The notes below the pieces were generated by a model. The model worked only from the letters and a program-made list of their open reading frames with translations. It was not told the DNA's origin and searched no databases. 64,000 bases of DNA from positions 32,001 through 96,000 of the IMG/VR virus record IMGVR_UViG_3300046694_000196; one strand, given 5' to 3'. The position numbers and the translations under genes are program-made. Of the stretch, positions 60,420 through 64,000 are shown one piece after another. Source of the stretch: a virus. Within the stretch, counting starts at the first letter, position 1, and the number at the start of each line of letters is the position of its first letter.

Positions 60420-62830
60420 CAGGACGTCCTAACGCTCTTGGTGAAGTTGATGCAGAAGTTGTTGAGGGGGTAGTACTTGCCCTGGTGCGAACCGTACGAG
60501 GTGTCGGTGAACTTGTACATTGACCTGGTAGGGTCGCTGTCCATGATGGTGCCGGTACCGAAGACCGAGTACACGTTGAAGCCGTCAGATGCCACGTTAA
60601 CGGGGGCACCGAAGCTCACTGCCTCGCCCCGGAGGACCGTGGTATTGGTCCCCGAGTCGTAGCGAGCGTCGCGTATGATGGGGTTCGTTGTAGAGCTGGC
60701 CTGGTACATGCGGAAGCAGCCGTTTCGCAGGCACGGAGTGAACGTGCTGAGGATGTTCCCGGCGTACACTATCTCTTTCGAAGCGAGGCCGTTGGGGTAC
60801 GGTGAGCCGTCACGGTACGCCGCTACCGGCTGGGTCACGCCGAACGCGAAAGTCTCTTCACCGTAGGTCACCACGAAGTTCCCGTTCGCAGTGATCGGGC
60901 TGTACATCGCGATCGAGATGGTGTCATCAGAGATGATGTTGACGGTGTTGATCGACAGCTGGTTAGACGTGTTCGAGAAACCGTCGAGAGTCCCGGGGAA
61001 CACTCTGAGGCCCGCGAGTCGTACCGGGAAGGTCCACGTAGTGTCGAACTGCAGGGGCTTTACGGGGACGTGGAACTTGATCTGTATCTCGTCGTCCTTG
61101 ACCCTGTACACGTCTGTGGGGTACAGGGGCTGCCACGGCTTACCGTCTCTGAGGACGGTGTTCATGACCTTGCCGATGTGCTCACCGCACCACCTGTTGC
61201 CGTCTGCAGACATGTGCAGGATGTCACCGTGGTAGCGGCCGAGAGCGTCTGTCGCGGGGTTGAGAGTGGAATTGAACGCGTTGGGTGCGAAGTAGTTCGG
61301 CCCGACGACATAGACGTGTTCGTCGGCCGCCGCTACCTGGGTCAGCGCCTCACCGAGCAGCCCGTAGCGACCTACCATCGCGAACATCGGCATGTCACGC
61401 GTCTGTCCAGTGATCGTCTGCACGTCTGTCTGCATAGACGCGCGCAATGAGATGAGGTTGTTGGCCCAGTTGTCACGGACCTGGCTGAACGAGAAAGTAG
61501 CGCTGTTCGAAGAGAGCTTCAGCGAGCTGGCCTCGCTCTCGCCCTGCGCGAAGACTACGCCGCCGAAGCCGTATGACCAGCCCTTCTCGAGGGCCTTCTT
61601 CTTGGCGCGGGCGATGTCGTCCTTGAAGAGGTTGTAGTACCCGGCGCCCTCAGTGTCAGAGGGGAGCATGGTAGAGAGATAGATGCCGCCCGTCGTCGGG
61701 CTAGACATGAGCATGTGTGGCGCCGCGAACTTGATGCCGCCGGGGTTGTACCTGTTGCCTAGGTGCGAGGCCTTGAACTGCCCCGTGATCCCGGTGCTGT
61801 AGAACTCACCCTGCCCATTTCCGTAGTCTCGCTCGTACATCGGGACGATGTCGAACATGGCATCTCCGCGTCCCGCGGGGCCAGAAAAGTTGGTGCTCCA
61901 GATGAAGTTCCAGGTCTGCATGCCCATCGCGAAGCTGACGTTTCCTAGGTCCTGGTTGGCGTTAGACACCGGGGGCAGAGCGTCGGCGCCGCCGGCGTTA
62001 GACTGTCCGTAGATAGACCAGTGATACAGGTCGGGGAAGTCAGCGACCCTCTCGTGGCCGCGGACGTGTACCCTCGAGCCGTCCCGCGGGACGCCGAGAG
62101 CGAGCTGGTTGGTGTCTCCCCAGGTGACCGCGTAGTTGTACTCGGGGGCGTTGACTATGTCGTGCCGGCCCGTGTCGAAAGTTATGCCCTCTACCGTGCG
62201 GCCGCCGAGGAGCGTCATGTCCGAAGCGGTGGTCACTGACAGGAGGTTCATGTCGGCGTACGTGAGGTTCGCGGAGTTGTTCGCGACGTCCTGCTTGCCT
62301 GACTGCAGCGCGCTTATCTTGGTGTTGAGAGCAGAGGTGTCCGCGAACTGGGTGAACGTGATGTTAGACGTGCCGACCGTGATCGGGCCGGGGGTGTTGC
62401 AGACGAACTGCTTGCCGGCGTTGACCGTGCCGGTGTTGACGAACACCGCGGCGTTGAGGAGCTGTACGCCGGTGTTGGCGTCGAGTGCCCGTGACCACAC
62501 GCCGGTGTTCGAGACCCATACGCCGTTCTGGTTGGCGAAGGCCTGGTCCTTGACGAGGACGCGCGAGAGGCTCGTGAGCACCCCGTCGATGGTCTGCTCG
62601 CCTGAGAACGACGATATGCTGTTGGTCGACGCCACGTTGACCGCGGTCTTCCACTGCACGCCCACCGTGGTGATGTTGAGCACGTCCTGCTGGAACTTGC
62701 GGATGGAGGCCACGCTCACGCCGTTGGACGTGACGTAGACCGTGTTGGCGTCGCCGTTCACCCAAGAGTCGACGCGCTCCTCGTTGGTCTTGAAGCGAGG
62801 TATCGCGGTGAGGAGGGGCAGCTGCGTCAT
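60419..62830 (-). CDS. tail fibre/spike protein with SGNH (SASA-like) esterase domain
   Basis: N-terminal VNGD..T..VTSNG..VASIRK and GEQTIDGV...RVLVKDQ...QNGVWV tail modules; GQSN, QGESE, D..H catalytic motifs. Confidence 0.75.
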   Translation of the reverse strand: MTQLPLLTAIPRFKTNEERVDSWVNGDANTVYVTSNGVSVASIRKFQQDVLNITTVGVQWKTAVNVASTNSISSFSGEQTIDGVLTSLSRVLVKDQAFANQNGVWVSNTGVWSRALDANTGVQLLNAAVFVNTGTVNAGKQFVCNTPGPITVGTSNITFTQFADTSALNTKISALQSGKQDVANNSANLTYADMNLLSVTTASDMTLLGGRTVEGITFDTGRHDIVNAPEYNYAVTWGDTNQLALGVPRDGSRVHVRGHERVADFPDLYHWSIYGQSNAGGADALPPVSNANQDLGNVSFAMGMQTWNFIWSTNFSGPAGRGDAMFDIVPMYERDYGNGQGEFYSTGITGQFKASHLGNRYNPGGIKFAAPHMLMSSPTTGGIYLSTMLPSDTEGAGYYNLFKDDIARAKKKALEKGWSYGFGGVVFAQGESEASSLKLSSNSATFSFSQVRDNWANNLISLRASMQTDVQTITGQTRDMPMFAMVGRYGLLGEALTQVAAADEHVYVVGPNYFAPNAFNSTLNPATDALGRYHGDILHMSADGNRWCGEHIGKVMNTVLRDGKPWQPLYPTDVYRVKDDEIQIKFHVPVKPLQFDTTWTFPVRLAGLRVFPGTLDGFSNTSNQLSINTVNIISDDTISIAMYSPITANGNFVVTYGEETFAFGVTQPVAAYRDGSPYPNGLASKEIVYAGNILSTFTPCLRNGCFRMYQASSTTNPIIRDARYDSGTNTTVLRGEAVSFGAPVNVASDGFNVYSVFGTGTIMDSDPTRSMYKFTDTSYGSHQGKYYPLNNFCINFTKSVRTS

Positions 62831-62982
62831 GGGTTACCTACGTCGTTGGGCAGGTCTACGTTGACCGTCGTGTTGAGCTGGTCCTCGAGTTGCGAGAACG
62901 CCGCGAGGAGTTCCAGGAGCTCGAGTATCCACTGGTCCTGGTCACGGCGGAAGCCGTCTATCTTGTAGGCGAGTTTCTGCAA
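62827..62982 (-). CDS. small late protein (not in ORF track; start uncertain)
   Basis: LQKLAYKIDGFRRDQDQWILELLELL...; stop overlaps tail gene ATG. Confidence 0.55.
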   Translation of the reverse strand: MQKLAYKIDGFRRDQDQWILELLELLAAFSQLEDQLNTTVNVDLPNDVGNP

Positions 62983-63007
62983 TTTTCGGAGTTTCTCAAA
63001 CTTTATC

Positions 63008-63037
63008 GTTTACATCGTGGCTTGCATTATTTATACT
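63008..63037 (+). promoter_or_regulatory. early promoter overlapping a divergent late promoter
   Basis: GTTTACA-N17-TATACT (+); TATAAATA on minus strand at 63035-63028. Confidence 0.8.
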
Positions 63038-63062
63038 GATACCAGGAGCAAAGGAGAAACCC

Positions 63063-63575
63063 ATGCAGAAGACCTTCACCTCGACCGAACACGACCGCAC
63101 GGTAAAGTGGATAGAGGGGGGTCGGATCATCCACTGCGACCTCGCCGGTCGCGTGCTGGCAGTCGAAGACTACTCGAAGAGCGCTATCTCGAAGATCCTC
63201 AAGTTCTTCGAGCGGGGAGCCGCTGCGAAGCCGATGAAAGTGGCTACGTTCAACGCCGCGGCCCAGGAGGTCCTCCGAGACATCGAGGGCTTCGAGGTGG
63301 ACTTCGCCGACGGGAAGATCACCGCGCGGGCGACGTCCCGAGAGAAGTCCACCAACAAGGTCTTCCGCGGCGCCGACACGCGCTACAACAGCAAGTACGA
63401 GAACACCATCCTCTACACGAGGAAGGGTGACGGCTTCGCGGAGAACACCCGGTACTCGGTCGTGTTCCACTCCGACGGCCTGGTCGAGTTCGAAGAGTTC
63501 GAGAAGATCTCGTGTGAGAACCTGAACGTGCGGCACGACCAGCCGCTGCTCAGCGTGTACGTTACGGAGGGCTGA
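63063..63575 (+). CDS. hypothetical protein
   Basis: AGGAG RBS; 170 aa. Confidence 0.8.
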   Translation: MQKTFTSTEHDRTVKWIEGGRIIHCDLAGRVLAVEDYSKSAISKILKFFERGAAAKPMKVATFNAAAQEVLRDIEGFEVDFADGKITARATSREKSTNKVFRGADTRYNSKYENTILYTRKGDGFAENTRYSVVFHSDGLVEFEEFEKISCENLNVRHDQPLLSVYVTEG

Positions 63576-63808
63576 TGGTAGAGGTAGTAGGGCGAGACGA
63601 GAAAGCCAAGAGGCGGGTCACGCACAGTAGGTGCGGCATGATCCTCGAGTACTACGACAGGGAAGTCAGGTCGCAGCGCTACACCGACTACGGAGGCGGC
63701 TCTGAGACCTACTACTTCATCGTGTGCCCGGAGTGTTTCTCGGGAGACGCGGACGCGCCTGCGTGCGCGATCAGTTCAAACGCGAAAGTGGAGGTGGAGT
63801 CGTGCTAG
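63575..63808 (+). CDS. small zinc-binding protein
   Basis: THSRCG...CPEC. Confidence 0.7.
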   Translation: MVEVVGRDEKAKRRVTHSRCGMILEYYDREVRSQRYTDYGGGSETYYFIVCPECFSGDADAPACAISSNAKVEVESC

Positions 63809-63981
63809 TCAAGGCTGCGATCATGATCATCCTGACACAGTCTGGCACTTTCTCGGTGGAGAGGTTTGACTCTCTCCGTGAGTGCGAGTCTGCCAGGACA
63901 GTGCTCATTGAGAACGCGAACGAGATGTTCTCGACCTGGTTCGACAAGGCGAGACTGTTTCGTTGCAGGGAGATCGACTGA
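63802..63981 (+). CDS. small secreted Cys-pair protein
   Basis: hydrophobic N-terminus, FDSLREC...FRC. Confidence 0.65.
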   Translation: MLVKAAIMIILTQSGTFSVERFDSLRECESARTVLIENANEMFSTWFDKARLFRCREID

Positions 63982-64000
63982 TGGAAGTGATCTGGATATC

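Noticed and set aside
300-63625. Many long antisense and alternate-frame ORFs in the track (e.g. 14142-15134, 26797-27978, 41072-41818)
   Set aside because: Expected shadows of high-GC3 coding on the + strand; Arg/Pro/Gly-rich with no motifs.
1-64000. CRISPR array or integrase/IS element
   Set aside because: No regularly spaced direct repeats and no transposase or integrase motifs seen.

Overview
A 64-kb, GC-rich segment of a T4-like myophage genome. The probable host is an alphaproteobacterium (inference from a G-1-less tRNA-His, a B12-dependent RNR and RlpA). Genes are densely packed and almost all on the + strand. The T4 replication core is present: gp45, gp44, gp62, regA, a split DNA polymerase gp43A/gp43B, uvsX, gp41, gp61, RNase H and a class II RNR. 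The window also has a PAAR/GH19-endolysin/spanin cassette, NAD salvage genes (NadM-Nudix, NadV) with an inserted GIY-YIG homing endonuclease, a CCA-adding enzyme, PTH2, YqeY, PhoH, a macrodomain, seven tRNAs and a reverse-strand late operon with an SGNH-esterase tail protein. T4-type early promoters (GTTTAC/TTGACA...TAnnnT) and late promoters (NATAAATA) recur. The main candidates for new biology are: (1) a cluster of dCMP deaminase, two GT-B-like proteins, UDP-galactopyranose mutase and an atypical, apparently late-expressed C5-cytosine methyltransferase, suggesting a furanose-sugar DNA hypermodification pathway; (2) three CCA-ending tRNA-like RNAs with an Arg anticodon hairpin (UCU, GCG, UCG) inserted inside the D-arm; (3) a ~320-nt structured RNA with a perfect 21-bp stem; (4) a gp43B half-polymerase that appears to start at AUC. 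All family assignments come from motif recognition by eye; no database search was run.
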